From Candidatus Lustribacter sp. (GTDB taxonomy: Bacteria > Vulcanimicrobiota > Vulcanimicrobiia > Vulcanimicrobiales > Vulcanimicrobiaceae): a stretch of 64,000 nt of DNA. Positions within the stretch are counted from its first letter, which is position 1. Every line of letters begins with the position of its first letter. Location: positions 3,872,001 to 3,936,000 of the forward strand of contig OZ255842.1 of the NCBI GenBank assembly GCA_965277805.1, read 5' to 3'. The notes beneath the pieces were generated by a model. That model was not told the origin of the DNA. It ran no database searches and was given only the letters and a program-made list of their open reading frames with translations. Made by a program: the position numbers and the translations under genes. Shown here one piece after another: positions 49,329 to 59,613 of the stretch.

Positions 49329-49346
49329 CCAACAACGGCGTTCGGG

Positions 49347-50393
49347 ATGACGGACCTCGCAACGAACCTATCGGCGCTCGAAGACCGGCTCACTGCCGAG
49401 CTGGCCGGCGTCGCCGACGCAGCTGCGCTCGAGGAGCTCCGCGTCCGCTTTCTCGGCCGCAGCGGCGAGGTGACGGCGATTAGGCGCGGCATCGGCGCGC
49501 TGCCGCCGGAAGAACGCCCCACCGCCGGCAAGGTGATCAACGCTGCGGTCGAGCGGATGGAAGCCGCGCTCGCCGCCGCGACCGACAAACTCGGCAATGC
49601 GGAACTCGAAGCGCAGCTCTCGGAGACGATCGACGTCACGCTGCCCGGACCGCCGGCGCGCATCGGTTCGATTCACCCAGTCCGCCGCGTGATCCGCGAC
49701 ATCGCGGATTACTTCACGCGGCTCGGCTTCGCCGTGCTGCAGGGCCCGGAGATCGAAACCGACGCCAACAACTTCGATGCGTTGAACATTCCGGCCGATC
49801 ATCCGGCGCGCGAAGGCTTCGACTCGTTTTACTTACGGCCCGGCTTGGTGCTCCGTACGCACACCTCGCCGATGCAGGTGCGCGCGATGCGCGAGTCCGG
49901 GCCGCCGATCGCGATCATCGTGCCCGGCAAAGCCTACCGGCGCGACGCGGTCGATGCGCGCCATCTCTATCAGTTCCACCAAGTCGAAGGCTTGATGATC
50001 GGCACGGACATCCACTTCGGCCACCTCAAAGGCGTTCTCACGGGACTGATGCGCGACTTGTTTGGTCCGCAACAGGCCGTGCGCTTCCGCCCGTCGTTTT
50101 TTCCGTTCACCGAACCGTCGGCCGAAATCGATACCACCTGTCCCGGTTGCGGCGGCAGCGGACGCCGCGGAGAAGCAACGTGTCGCACGTGCGGCGGATC
50201 CGGCTGGATCGAAGTCGGCGGCTCGGGCATGGTGCATCCGAACGTCCTGCGCGAAGTCGGCTACGATCCCGAAGCGGTGGCCGGTTGGGCGTTCGGCGTC
50301 GGTCCCGAACGGCTCGCAATGGTGCGCTACGACATGAGCGATATCCGCGACTTCGTCGAAAACACGCCGTCCTTCTTAGAGCAAACGGCGTAG
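49347..50393 (+). CDS. pheS: Phenylalanine--tRNA ligase alpha subunit
   Basis: NFDALNIPADHPAR, LRTHTS, FHQVEG, FRPSFFPFTEPS, GMVHP. Confidence 0.97.
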   Translation: MTDLATNLSALEDRLTAELAGVADAAALEELRVRFLGRSGEVTAIRRGIGALPPEERPTAGKVINAAVERMEAALAAATDKLGNAELEAQLSETIDVTLPGPPARIGSIHPVRRVIRDIADYFTRLGFAVLQGPEIETDANNFDALNIPADHPAREGFDSFYLRPGLVLRTHTSPMQVRAMRESGPPIAIIVPGKAYRRDAVDARHLYQFHQVEGLMIGTDIHFGHLKGVLTGLMRDLFGPQQAVRFRPSFFPFTEPSAEIDTTCPGCGGSGRRGEATCRTCGGSGWIEVGGSGMVHPNVLREVGYDPEAVAGWAFGVGPERLAMVRYDMSDIRDFVENTPSFLEQTA

Positions 50394-50394
50394 G

Positions 50395-52743
50395 ATGCGC
50401 GTACCGATTTCCTGGCTTCGCGACTATGTCGTGCTGCCGCATGATGCGAGCGAGATCGTCTCACGTTTGGCGACGCTCGGTTTTCCCGTCGATGCGATCG
50501 AAACGCGCCCGGCGATTAGCGGCGTCGTGGTCGGCAAGATCGCGAAGATCGAGAAGCATCCCAATGCGGATCGTTTAGTCGTGTGCACGGTCGACATCGG
50601 CGCCGATCGCCCGTTGACGATCGCCACCGCCGCGACCAACGTTGCCGAAGGGCAAGTGATTCCGGTTGCGACGATCGGCGCGAAATTGCCCGAGCTGACG
50701 ATCGAACCACGCAGGATGCGCGGCATCGCTTCGGAGGGGATGTTGTGTTCGGCGGGCGAGCTGGCGCTCGAGCCGGATTGGTTCGAAGACGGCATCATGC
50801 AGCTCGATCACGATGTCGAGTTGGGCGCGAATGTGGTCGAGATGCTCGGGCTTGCGGATCCGGTACTCGACGTCGACGTCACGCCCAACCGCGTCGACGC
50901 GATGTCGATGCTTGGCCTCGCGCGCGAGCTCGCGGCATCGTTCGGCGAAGAGTTGCGCGAACCGTCGACCGCCGTTGCCGTCAGCGGCGAGAGCGACGAC
51001 GTACGGGTGACGCTCGAGACGCTCGATGCGCGCCGCTACGTCACCCAGCGGGTCGGTAACCTCACCGTGCGCCCGGCGCCGGCGTGGATGCGGGTGCGGC
51101 TCGCGCTCGCCGGCCAGCGGCCGATCAACAATTTGGTCGACATCTCGAACTTCGTGATGCTCGAAACCGCCCAGCCGCTGCACTTCTTCGACTTCGAGAA
51201 GATCGCGAACGCGCACATCATCGTGCGCGACGCCGAGCCCGGCGAATCGATCACCACGCTCGACGGCACGCAGCGCGCGCTCGATCCGACCGCGATGCTG
51301 ATCGCCGATGAAAGGCAGCCCACCGGCCTCGCCGGCCTGATGGGCGGCCAAGTCAGCGAAGTCAGCGAGAGCACCCGCGAGATCGTGATCGAAAGCGCGA
51401 ACTTCAGCGGACCGCGCGTGCGGCGCATGAGCCTCAAGCTCGGACTGCGCAGCGAAGCCTCGACGCGCAATGAGAAAAATCTGCCGCCGGCGTTGACCGA
51501 CCTCGGTGCGGCGCGCGCCGCCGTGCTCTTGGCAGCCGAAGGCGGCATCGTCCGCGCGCCCAAGCCGTACGGTGCGCAACTCACGCCGCCCACGCCGATC
51601 GCGTTGCCCAAGAGCGACGTACAACGGCTGCTCGGCTTCGCACTCGAGGATCGTGCCGTCACCCGCGCGCTCGTTTCGCTCGGGTTCACCGTTGAAGACC
51701 GTGGCGCAACGTTTGCGGTCACCGCGCCCGGCTGGCGCAGCGACATCGCGATCCTGGCCGACCTCGTGGAAGAGATAGCGCGCGTCGTGGGCTACGACCG
51801 GCTCGAGAGCGCGATGCCGGTGGTGAGCGCGCAGCCGCTCTCGAGCGAAATCTTCGATCGCGACAACGATCTAGCAACAGTGCTGTCCGGTCTCGGGTAT
51901 CGCGAATGCATGACGCTGGCGCTGCAGCCTGCCGCGATCGCCGAACGCGACCGCGCGCTCGGCTTCGCGATTCCGGACGTGGTCGAGATCGCGAACCCGC
52001 TCTCCGACGATCAGCGTTACCTGCGCTACGGGCTGATCCACGCGCACTTGGCGATCGCCGCACGGGATCGCTTGCGGCCGTATCGCACCTTCGAGATCGG
52101 CCACGTGTTTGCCGACGCGCAACCATATCCGACCGAACGCAACACGGCGCTGATGCTGACCGCAACCCGGCACGTCGACGAACCCGCGTGGCGCAGCACG
52201 CCGTACGCCGCCGTGCTCTCCGACCTGCTCGCCGCGTTGCGCGCGCTGACCGGGAAAATCGCCGAAGTGAAACGTGCGACCGCACCGTGGCTGCACCCGG
52301 GAAAGACGGCCCAGCTGTTCATCGACGGCGAGGCGGTGGCGACGATCGGCGTCGTCGACCCGCGTCTCTTGCGCGCCTACGATATCGACGATGATGTCGT
52401 GGCGGCCGGCATCCTCGTCGAGACGCTGCCTAAACGCACGATCGCGCCGTTCGTCCCGCCGTCACGCTTTCCGCCCGTCGAACGCGATCTCGCGCTCGTG
52501 CTGGACGCCGCCGTACCCGCCGCGGACGTGCTCGCAGCGGTCCGCTCGCACGCCGGCGTGCGCAACGCCGAAGTCTTCGATGAGTACCGCGGTGCGCAGA
52601 TCGACATGGCGAAAAAATCGCTGGCCGTGCGCGTGACGCTGCAGCGCGACGACGCCACGCTGACCGACGCGATCGCCGACGAGACGATCGGAGCGATCGT
52701 CGCCGACCTGAAGAGCCGTTTCGGCGCGACCCTGCGCGGGTGA
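50395..52743 (+). CDS. pheT: Phenylalanine--tRNA ligase beta subunit
   Basis: HPNADRL, SEGMLCS, TPNR.D, INNLVD, DLVEEIAR, RFPPVERDL. Confidence 0.96.
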   Translation: MRVPISWLRDYVVLPHDASEIVSRLATLGFPVDAIETRPAISGVVVGKIAKIEKHPNADRLVVCTVDIGADRPLTIATAATNVAEGQVIPVATIGAKLPELTIEPRRMRGIASEGMLCSAGELALEPDWFEDGIMQLDHDVELGANVVEMLGLADPVLDVDVTPNRVDAMSMLGLARELAASFGEELREPSTAVAVSGESDDVRVTLETLDARRYVTQRVGNLTVRPAPAWMRVRLALAGQRPINNLVDISNFVMLETAQPLHFFDFEKIANAHIIVRDAEPGESITTLDGTQRALDPTAMLIADERQPTGLAGLMGGQVSEVSESTREIVIESANFSGPRVRRMSLKLGLRSEASTRNEKNLPPALTDLGAARAAVLLAAEGGIVRAPKPYGAQLTPPTPIALPKSDVQRLLGFALEDRAVTRALVSLGFTVEDRGATFAVTAPGWRSDIAILADLVEEIARVVGYDRLESAMPVVSAQPLSSEIFDRDNDLATVLSGLGYRECMTLALQPAAIAERDRALGFAIPDVVEIANPLSDDQRYLRYGLIHAHLAIAARDRLRPYRTFEIGHVFADAQPYPTERNTALMLTATRHVDEPAWRSTPYAAVLSDLLAALRALTGKIAEVKRATAPWLHPGKTAQLFIDGEAVATIGVVDPRLLRAYDIDDDVVAAGILVETLPKRTIAPFVPPSRFPPVERDLALVLDAAVPAADVLAAVRSHAGVRNAEVFDEYRGAQIDMAKKSLAVRVTLQRDDATLTDAIADETIGAIVADLKSRFGATLRG

Positions 52744-53276
52744 TGTTGGCCTGGCCCGATTTGATCATCGGCGGGATCACCATCTTCTTCGCGGTCAAGG
52801 GATTTTCTAAGGGCTTCGTCTCCGAACTCGCGGGCGGCGTGGCGGTGTTCGTCGCGATCGTCGCGGCATTTCGTTATAACGGCGCATTCGACGGCATCGT
52901 CACCACGATCACCGGTCTCACGCAAGGCTCGGCGCACGCGGTGGGTTTGTTGCTGTTCGCGATCGTCGCATATGCGATCGTGCTGCTTATCGCGTGGCTG
53001 CTCGGCCGCGTCGCGAAACTGCCGCCGATCGGTCTCATCAACGGCGTACTCGGCGCGTTCCTCGGCGCATGCAAAGCGCTCTTCGGCGCGTTCCTAATCC
53101 TCTACGCCGTGTTGTTTTTTCCGTTGCCGGGCGACTTACGCCACGATCTCAAACGCTCGACGCTGGTCTCGCTGGTCACCCAGCCGGATGCGGCGGTGGA
53201 TGAGGCAGTCCGCAGCCTGATGCCGTGGTTCGTGCGACCGCTGGCAGCGCCGTTCTTCAGCCGTCACCACGTTTAA
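52740..53276 (+). CDS. CvpA family membrane protein
   Basis: KGFSKGFVSE, INGVLGAFLG, TM pattern, position after pheT. Confidence 0.8.
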   Translation: MMLAWPDLIIGGITIFFAVKGFSKGFVSELAGGVAVFVAIVAAFRYNGAFDGIVTTITGLTQGSAHAVGLLLFAIVAYAIVLLIAWLLGRVAKLPPIGLINGVLGAFLGACKALFGAFLILYAVLFFPLPGDLRHDLKRSTLVSLVTQPDAAVDEAVRSLMPWFVRPLAAPFFSRHHV

Positions 53277-54453
53277 GCGCGGGGGTAAGGACAAGCGTCT
53301 GCGGCAACCCGAACCAGCGAAAAAGCCGGCTGGCAAACGGATTCACGCGCTCGCGCCAGCGCCGGCGGCGCACGGAATCAATCAGCGGCCGCTCGCAGCA
53401 CCACCAGAACGCCGCACCGGCGGCGATCGATAACACGAATGCGAGCGCCCCCGCACCCGGTCCCCACATCGCGTGCACGAGCGCGATCACCGGCTGGTGC
53501 ACAAGGTAGATGCTGAACGATGCGAGTCCGAGCGCGCGCAACGGCCGCCACCCGAACACGGCCCGCGCGAACGGTGCCGTTGCAACGACCAGCACCAACG
53601 CGAAGGCCGCAACGTGCCAGGGAAACGACGTCGGCTGGCCGCGAAAGCGAGCCTCCGCTAACCACGGGTCGGGCACGACGGCGTGCGGATCCCAGGCGAG
53701 CGCAGCCACGATCGCAATCGGCAAAAGCAGGACGGCGTAACGGAGCAAGTGATGCCGCCTGATGATCAGTTCGGCCGCTACGATACCGAGCATGAAAAGC
53801 GGCAGCGTTCCGAGATCGATCGTGCGGACGCGGGTGAAGAGGAAACCGATCCACGCCAACACCACAACGGCGGCAAACGCGCGCGGCGATCTCGTCCATA
53901 GTAATAAAATTAGCGGAAAGAGCAGATACCAGCGCAGCTGCACCGCCACGGTCCAGAGCCCGGGATTTGCTGGAAAATTCGCCCGATCGAGAAACAGGAG
54001 TGGCAGCACCGCCTCGTAGAGTGAGTGCGGCGTGTAGAGCACGTCGGCGGTCCCGAATCGTCCGAGGTGATCGGCGAGTACCTGCGTCGCAATTGCACAT
54101 GCGACCGCAACGTAGAACAGCGGCAAAATGCGGTACGCGCGGTTGAACGCGTATGCCATGGTATCGAGCGTGGCCGGGCGCCCGGCAAAGCGTTGCGCCA
54201 GCAACGGGTAAGCGAGTCCGAAACCGGACAGCACGAAAAACAGATCCACTCCATGCGCCGCAGAGCCGGCGATGCCGGCAAGCCAACCCGGTCCCGGTAA
54301 CATTCCAGCGGCAGCGATGTGCGGCACGATCACCAGCAGGATCGCGAACCCGCGCAAGCCGTCCAATGGCGCGACGTGCGCAGGCGGCGTAACCCGTGCC
54401 GCTCTCATGTTACGGTCGATTCCGGCCGCTACCGATTCCTCGACGAGGGTCAT
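53257..54453 (-). CDS. Acyltransferase-3 family membrane O-acyltransferase
   Basis: LDGLRG, GVDLFFVLSGF, RILP, LWT, SFSIYLVH, ERP. Confidence 0.88.
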   Translation of the reverse strand: MTLVEESVAAGIDRNMRAARVTPPAHVAPLDGLRGFAILLVIVPHIAAAGMLPGPGWLAGIAGSAAHGVDLFFVLSGFGLAYPLLAQRFAGRPATLDTMAYAFNRAYRILPLFYVAVACAIATQVLADHLGRFGTADVLYTPHSLYEAVLPLLFLDRANFPANPGLWTVAVQLRWYLLFPLILLLWTRSPRAFAAVVVLAWIGFLFTRVRTIDLGTLPLFMLGIVAAELIIRRHHLLRYAVLLLPIAIVAALAWDPHAVVPDPWLAEARFRGQPTSFPWHVAAFALVLVVATAPFARAVFGWRPLRALGLASFSIYLVHQPVIALVHAMWGPGAGALAFVLSIAAGAAFWWCCERPLIDSVRRRRWRERVNPFASRLFRWFGLPQTLVLTPALKRGDG

Positions 54454-54633
54454 CGCCGAGCCGCCCGCGGTCCGTGCCGCAGCAGCAAAGCAGCACGTAG
54501 GCCGATCACGCTTCGAAGTATGCCCGCAGCGCGAAGGTCGACACAGGGCCATATGTCGCGGTCTGCGGGGACTTCCGGCCGCAGGACGCTGGCTGCGCCC
54601 GCTTCAAGAAACCTTGCAAGCGAGGTATCGAAC

Positions 54634-55410
54634 GTGCAGACGAAGATTACGGGCGAGACGCTACCTGTTCTGGAGATCGGCCTTGAGGCCGGCGACAAAA
54701 TCGTTGCCGAACCCGGCGAGTTCTCGTGGATGACCCAAACGGTCCAAATGAACACGACGCCGATGGCGGCCGGGGCCAAGGGCCTGTTCGGCGTGCTGGG
54801 ACGGGCGCTCTCGGGCGGCGGCTTGTTCATGACCGAGTTCACGGCGCCGGGCGGACCGGGGCTGGTGGCATTTGCCGCCAAAGTGCCGGGCCGCATCATG
54901 GAACTCGACGTGGTACCCGGTCAGGGCTACCTGATCCATCGCCACGGCTTCTTGTGCGCGACTGCCGGCGTCGAACTGGGGATCGGCTTCCAGCGCTCGC
55001 TGGGTGCCGGAATCTTCGGCGGCGACGGTTTCATCATGCAACGCCTCAGCGGCCAGTGCAAAGCCTGGGTCGAGCTGGGCGGCGAGGTGATCACCTACGA
55101 TCTCGGGCCGGGTGAAACGATTTCGGCGCATCCCGGACACGTCGGGATGTTCAGCGAGACCATTAACTTCGACGTGACGCTCTTGCCGGGCATCAGCAAC
55201 ATGTTCTTCGGCGGCGACGGCCTGTTCGTTGCGCGCTTGACCGGGCCGGGCAAAGTTTGGCTGCAATCGCTGACGCTGCCGAATCTGGCGCACGCAATTT
55301 CACCCTATCTCGGCGGCCGCGACGCCGCACCGCAGCAAGCCGTGCAAGGCGGCGTCGCGGGCGGCGTGGCCGCGTCGGTGCTCGGGAGCCTCTTCGGAAA
55401 TAACCGTTAA
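54634..55410 (+). CDS. AIM24 family protein
   Basis: AEPGEFSWM, LSGGGLF, FGGDGF/GGDGLF repeats, GPGKVWLQS; GAGG RBS. Confidence 0.88.
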   Translation: MQTKITGETLPVLEIGLEAGDKIVAEPGEFSWMTQTVQMNTTPMAAGAKGLFGVLGRALSGGGLFMTEFTAPGGPGLVAFAAKVPGRIMELDVVPGQGYLIHRHGFLCATAGVELGIGFQRSLGAGIFGGDGFIMQRLSGQCKAWVELGGEVITYDLGPGETISAHPGHVGMFSETINFDVTLLPGISNMFFGGDGLFVARLTGPGKVWLQSLTLPNLAHAISPYLGGRDAAPQQAVQGGVAGGVAASVLGSLFGNNR

Positions 55411-55413
55411 CGG

Positions 55414-56352
55414 TTGACCGCCGAACGCATCGTAAGCCTGTTGCCGAGCGCGACGGAGATTCTCTTCGCGATCGGCGCGGGCAAGAGCGTCTCGGGCGTC
55501 ACGCACGAATGCGACTTTCCGCCGGCAGCGCGCACGCGCACGGTGCTGACATCGTCACTCTTACCGGGTGATGTCCTCACCGCCGGTGCGATCGACCGGC
55601 ACGTGCGCGCGAGCGTGCACGGCGGTTCGAGTTTGTATGCGCTCGATGCCGAACGGTTGGCGCAGCTCGAACCGGATCTGATCGTCACGCAAGAACTGTG
55701 CGAGGTCTGCGCGGTATCCTACGAAATCGTAACGCACGCGGCAAAACGGCTGCGCGGCGATCCGCGCGTCGTCTCACTCGAACCGTCGACGCTAGAAGAC
55801 GTGTACGCCACGATCATCTTTCTCGGTGAGCTGTCGGGTCGCGAGCGCGGCGCCGCCGAAGTGGTTGCCGGGTTGCGCTTGCGCGAATCCGTGTTGCGCG
55901 ATACGCCGCGCGAGACGGCGCCGCGCGCGCTGATTCTCGAATGGACCGATCCGCCGATGAGCGGCGGTCATTGGACGCCCGGGCTCGTCGAACTCGCGGG
56001 CGCGATTCCGGTGCTCGCCAATCCGGGCGCGAATTCGCAAACGCTGACTTGGGAGGCCATCGCGCAAAGCGATCCCGACGTCGTGATCGTGGTTCCGTGC
56101 GGGTTCGATCTCGCGCACGCGCAGCACGCCGCCGCCGGCCTCGCGCACAATCCGGTTTGGAACGAATTACGCGCGGTGACGAGCGGGCGCGCCTACGTGA
56201 TGGACGGCAATGCCTACGTCAACCGCCCGGGACCGCGCCTCATCGATAGCGCCGAGCGCTTCGCCTGGTGCTTCCACGAAGCGGCGCACTTACCGCAGCC
56301 GTCGGGTTGCACCGTCATCCCGAGCTCGTCGAGGGACCGCCGAGTGGGCTAA
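55414..56352 (+). CDS. Cobalamin/iron-siderophore binding protein family (BtuF-like), no signal peptide seen
   Basis: RIVSLLPSATE, GVTHECDFP, TQELCEVCAV, NRPGPRL. Confidence 0.85.
   Translation: MTAERIVSLLPSATEILFAIGAGKSVSGVTHECDFPPAARTRTVLTSSLLPGDVLTAGAIDRHVRASVHGGSSLYALDAERLAQLEPDLIVTQELCEVCAVSYEIVTHAAKRLRGDPRVVSLEPSTLEDVYATIIFLGELSGRERGAAEVVAGLRLRESVLRDTPRETAPRALILEWTDPPMSGGHWTPGLVELAGAIPVLANPGANSQTLTWEAIAQSDPDVVIVVPCGFDLAHAQHAAAGLAHNPVWNELRAVTSGRAYVMDGNAYVNRPGPRLIDSAERFAWCFHEAAHLPQPSGCTVIPSSSRDRRVG
56314..56337. repeat. REP-like dispersed repeat, copy 4 (in 3' end of CDS)
   Basis: gtcatcccgagctcgtcgagggac. Confidence 0.85.
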
Positions 56353-57311
56353 TGCCCGACGTGCACGGGAGGGGGAACGATCGTATCGATCTCGGCCAAT
56401 TCGTCCGGCGTCAGGGTCCACGTCACTGCGTTGACGTTTTGCTGGATCTGCTCCGCATTGCTGGCCCCTGCGATGACGCTGCCGACCGTCGGACGCGCTA
56501 GGAGCCAAGAGAACGCGAGTTCGAGCAACGTGTGGCCGTGCGCGTCCGCGAATTCGCCCAAGCGGTCGGCCAACGCCAGCCGCTCTTCGGTCATGAACGT
56601 ATCGGCGAGCCCACCCGGACGCATGAGGCGCGTGCCCGCCGGCCGCGCACCGCCGCGGTACTTGCCGCTCAGCAAGCCGCTGGCAAGCGGGAAGTACGGC
56701 AAGAAGCCGACGCCGTGCGCGAGCATGGCGCCCACGTGCTCGCGCTCGATTTCGCGCTGCAGCAGACTGTATTCGTCTTGATAGGAGATGAACCGCGTGC
56801 GATCTTGCGCCTTCGCCGTCCAGATCGCGTCGGTCAATTGCCACGCCGCGAAGTTCGAACAGCCGACGTAACGCACTTTGCCCTGCGTGACGAGATCGTC
56901 GAGCGCGCACACCGTCTCTTCGATCGGCGTGAGCGGGTCGAAGATGTGGACTTGATACAGATCGATCCAGTCGGTCTTCAAGCGGCGCAGGCTCGCTTCG
57001 ACGGCGGCCATGATGTAGCGCCGCGATGCGCCTTTCTTCTTGCCTTCGGCATCCATCGGCAAACCGAACTTCGTGGCGATCACGACGTCGGCGCGCGCGC
57101 GGCCGAGCGCATCGCCGAGCAGTTCTTCGCTTTTGCCGAACGACGTCAGCGGGTAGTGATCGGCCGTATCGAACAGCGTGATCCCGTTCGTCAGCGCCGC
57201 TTGAACGACGACGCGCGAGGCCGACGGATCGAGCCGTCCGCCGAGGTTATTGCAACCTAGGCCGACGGCCGAAACGCGTAGACCCGACGAACCTAGGTTG
57301 CGGAGTTCCAC
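56349..57311 (-). CDS. Aldo/keto reductase
   Basis: GLGCNN, FDTADHY, IATKFG, IDLYQVH, GCSN, PLASGLLSGKY. Confidence 0.92.
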   Translation of the reverse strand: MELRNLGSSGLRVSAVGLGCNNLGGRLDPSASRVVVQAALTNGITLFDTADHYPLTSFGKSEELLGDALGRARADVVIATKFGLPMDAEGKKKGASRRYIMAAVEASLRRLKTDWIDLYQVHIFDPLTPIEETVCALDDLVTQGKVRYVGCSNFAAWQLTDAIWTAKAQDRTRFISYQDEYSLLQREIEREHVGAMLAHGVGFLPYFPLASGLLSGKYRGGARPAGTRLMRPGGLADTFMTEERLALADRLGEFADAHGHTLLELAFSWLLARPTVGSVIAGASNAEQIQQNVNAVTWTLTPDELAEIDTIVPPPVHVGH

Positions 57312-58469
57312 CTACGCCGGGACAGGCCCCATAAAGGCGCGTACCGCGGCTTGCACGCCGCTGCCGGCTTGCGTCTTGAAGCCTGCGCTGAGCAATTCCA
57401 TCTCGAGCGCGCCGAGCATCGCGAGCACGTCGGTTTGCGTGACGTCGCCCATCGTGCCGATGCGGATGATTTTGCCGGCGAGTTTCTCTTGACCGCCACC
57501 GAGCACGTAACCGTGTTCGAGGCGCAGCTTCTTGCGAATCTCGTCGCCGTTGACGCCTTCCGGCACGTGAATCGCCGTCACCGTCACCGAACGCATACCG
57601 GGTTCGGCGAACAGCTTGAGACCCGCACCTTCGGCGAACGCGACGATCGCATCGGTGTTGCGCTGATGGCGCGCCCACACGTTGGCCGGACCTTCTTTCG
57701 CATAGAGATCGAGCGCGACGTCGAGCGCGTACGCGATCGACACCGGCGGCGTGCACGGCGTTTGACCGATCGCTTGAAACTCGCGCGCTTTCTGCAAGTC
57801 CAGATAGTAGCGCGGGCTCTTGACGGTTTTCATCTTGTCCCATGCGCGCTGCGACACGGCGACCATCGCCATGCCGGGCGGAACGCCGAGAGCTTTCTGC
57901 GACGCGGCCACGACGACGTCGAAGCCCCACGCATCCATCGTGAACTCGCTCGCGGCCAAACCGCTGACGGAGTCGACGAGCGAATACGCGCCATGCGCCC
58001 GAATCGAATCGGCGAGCGGGCCCATCGGGTTCTGCACGCCGGTCGACGTCTCGTTGTGCGTGAGCACGACGCCCTTGATCTCTTTTTTCGTATCGGCTTC
58101 GAGGCGCGCTTTGAGCGCTTTCGCGTCAACGCCCTTGCCCCATTCGGTGTCGAGAATTTCGACATCGACGCCCCACGTGCGCGCGATTTCCGCAAAGCGG
58201 TTACCGAAAACGCCGACCGGCGCAACCAGCACCTTTTCGCCGGGGCCGAACATGTTGGTCATCGCCGCTTCGAGGCCGCCGGTACCGGAGCAGCCGAGCA
58301 ACAACACGTCGCTCGTCGTCCCGAAGACCGGCTGCAGTTTGCGCACGATCGAGGCCTGGAGTTCCTTGAACTCAGGTCCGCGATGATCGATCATCGGCTT
58401 CCCCATGGCCGCGAGCACGGGCTCGGCGACGGTCACGGGGCCTGGGATGAATAGCAGCTGCTTAGACAC
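57312..58469 (-). CDS. Class V PLP aminotransferase (alanine/serine-glyoxylate type)
   Basis: FIPGP, IDHRG, HNETSTGV, VDSVS, ASQKAL, RIGTMG; GGAGG RBS. Confidence 0.92.
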   Translation of the reverse strand: MSKQLLFIPGPVTVAEPVLAAMGKPMIDHRGPEFKELQASIVRKLQPVFGTTSDVLLLGCSGTGGLEAAMTNMFGPGEKVLVAPVGVFGNRFAEIARTWGVDVEILDTEWGKGVDAKALKARLEADTKKEIKGVVLTHNETSTGVQNPMGPLADSIRAHGAYSLVDSVSGLAASEFTMDAWGFDVVVAASQKALGVPPGMAMVAVSQRAWDKMKTVKSPRYYLDLQKAREFQAIGQTPCTPPVSIAYALDVALDLYAKEGPANVWARHQRNTDAIVAFAEGAGLKLFAEPGMRSVTVTAIHVPEGVNGDEIRKKLRLEHGYVLGGGQEKLAGKIIRIGTMGDVTQTDVLAMLGALEMELLSAGFKTQAGSGVQAAVRAFMGPVPA

Positions 58470-58524
58470 GGATTCCTCCGGGAGATATGAGCGATTGATA
58501 GGCCATATGTTGTATCCTGCGGAC

Positions 58525-59568
58525 ATGCAATCCCCCGAAACGGTGCGTCTCAGCCTGTGCTCACGATTCGGCGGCTGTGCGAGTAAAGTCGGCGCCGCCG
58601 ACCTCGCCCGGGTGCTTGCCGGCGTGCGCTTTCCTGAGGATGCGAAGGTGCTCGTTGGACTCTCGACCAGCGACGACGCCGGCGTCTATCAGCTCACGCG
58701 CGATCTCGCATTGGTACAGACGGTCGACTTCTTCACGCCGATCGTGGACGACCCGTTCGATTTTGGCCGGATCGCCGCGACGAACGCGCTCAGCGACGTG
58801 TACGCGATGGGCGGAACGCCCGTGACCGCACTCAATATCGCCGCGTTTCCCATCGATACGCTCGACGAGTCGATTCTGCGACGCATTCTCGAAGGCGGGG
58901 CGGCCGTTGCGGCCGCGGCCGGCGTCGTGATTCTGGGCGGCCATACGGTGAAAGACGAGGAACCCAAGTACGGGATGGCCGTGACCGGCACGATTCACCC
59001 GGGCAGAGTCATCAGCAACGCGGGCGCGCGTCCGGGCGACCATCTGCTGCTGACGAAGCCGATCGGCGCGGGGATCTTGACGACCGCGCGGCGCCGCGAC
59101 GGCATTCCCGAATCCGATCTCGCCGTCGCGATCGCGGAAATGACGCGGCTCAACGCCGCCGCGCGCGACGCGATGCTCGCGCACGGCGCGCATGCGGCCA
59201 CCGATGTCACTGGCTTCGGATTGCTCGGACATGCGAGCGAAATGGCGCGCGCCTCGCGCGTCGGCGTCGAAATCGAAGCGTCGTCCGTACCGCTCTTCCC
59301 GCGCGTGCTCGAGTTGATCGATCGCGATTTCGTGCCCAGCGGCACCGAAGGCAATCTGACCCATCACGCCGAGTTCACATCGTTCGCCGATCACGTCACC
59401 GGCGCGATCCGCATCGCACTCTCCGATGCGATGACGTCCGGCGGCCTGCTGATCGCCGCCGAACCGCGCGACATCCGCGCCATGTACAACGAACTCGCCC
59501 CGACCCATACCTGCGCCATCGTCGGCCGCATCACCGAAGACGGCGACGGCACCATCTCCGTTTTGTAG
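58525..59568 (+). CDS. selD: Selenide, water dikinase (Cys-type)
   Basis: GGCASK, DDAGV, QTVDFFTPIVDDP, NALSDVYAMGG, TDVTGFGLLGH, TSGGLL. Confidence 0.93.
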   Translation: MQSPETVRLSLCSRFGGCASKVGAADLARVLAGVRFPEDAKVLVGLSTSDDAGVYQLTRDLALVQTVDFFTPIVDDPFDFGRIAATNALSDVYAMGGTPVTALNIAAFPIDTLDESILRRILEGGAAVAAAAGVVILGGHTVKDEEPKYGMAVTGTIHPGRVISNAGARPGDHLLLTKPIGAGILTTARRRDGIPESDLAVAIAEMTRLNAAARDAMLAHGAHAATDVTGFGLLGHASEMARASRVGVEIEASSVPLFPRVLELIDRDFVPSGTEGNLTHHAEFTSFADHVTGAIRIALSDAMTSGGLLIAAEPRDIRAMYNELAPTHTCAIVGRITEDGDGTISVL

Positions 59569-59613
59569 CCGCGGCCTTGCTGCGATCGCGTATGTGCGTG
59601 ATCGGGTGCGGCA

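Noticed and set aside
50135-50200. CxxC...CxxC insertion in PheS
   Set aside because: Known feature of many bacterial PheS proteins
54523-54570. Imperfect inverted repeat between the acyltransferase and AIM24 genes
   Set aside because: Short GC-rich stems could arise by chance; no recognisable riboswitch
58525-58600. Selenocysteine codon in selD
   Set aside because: Active-site codon is TGT; no in-frame TGA
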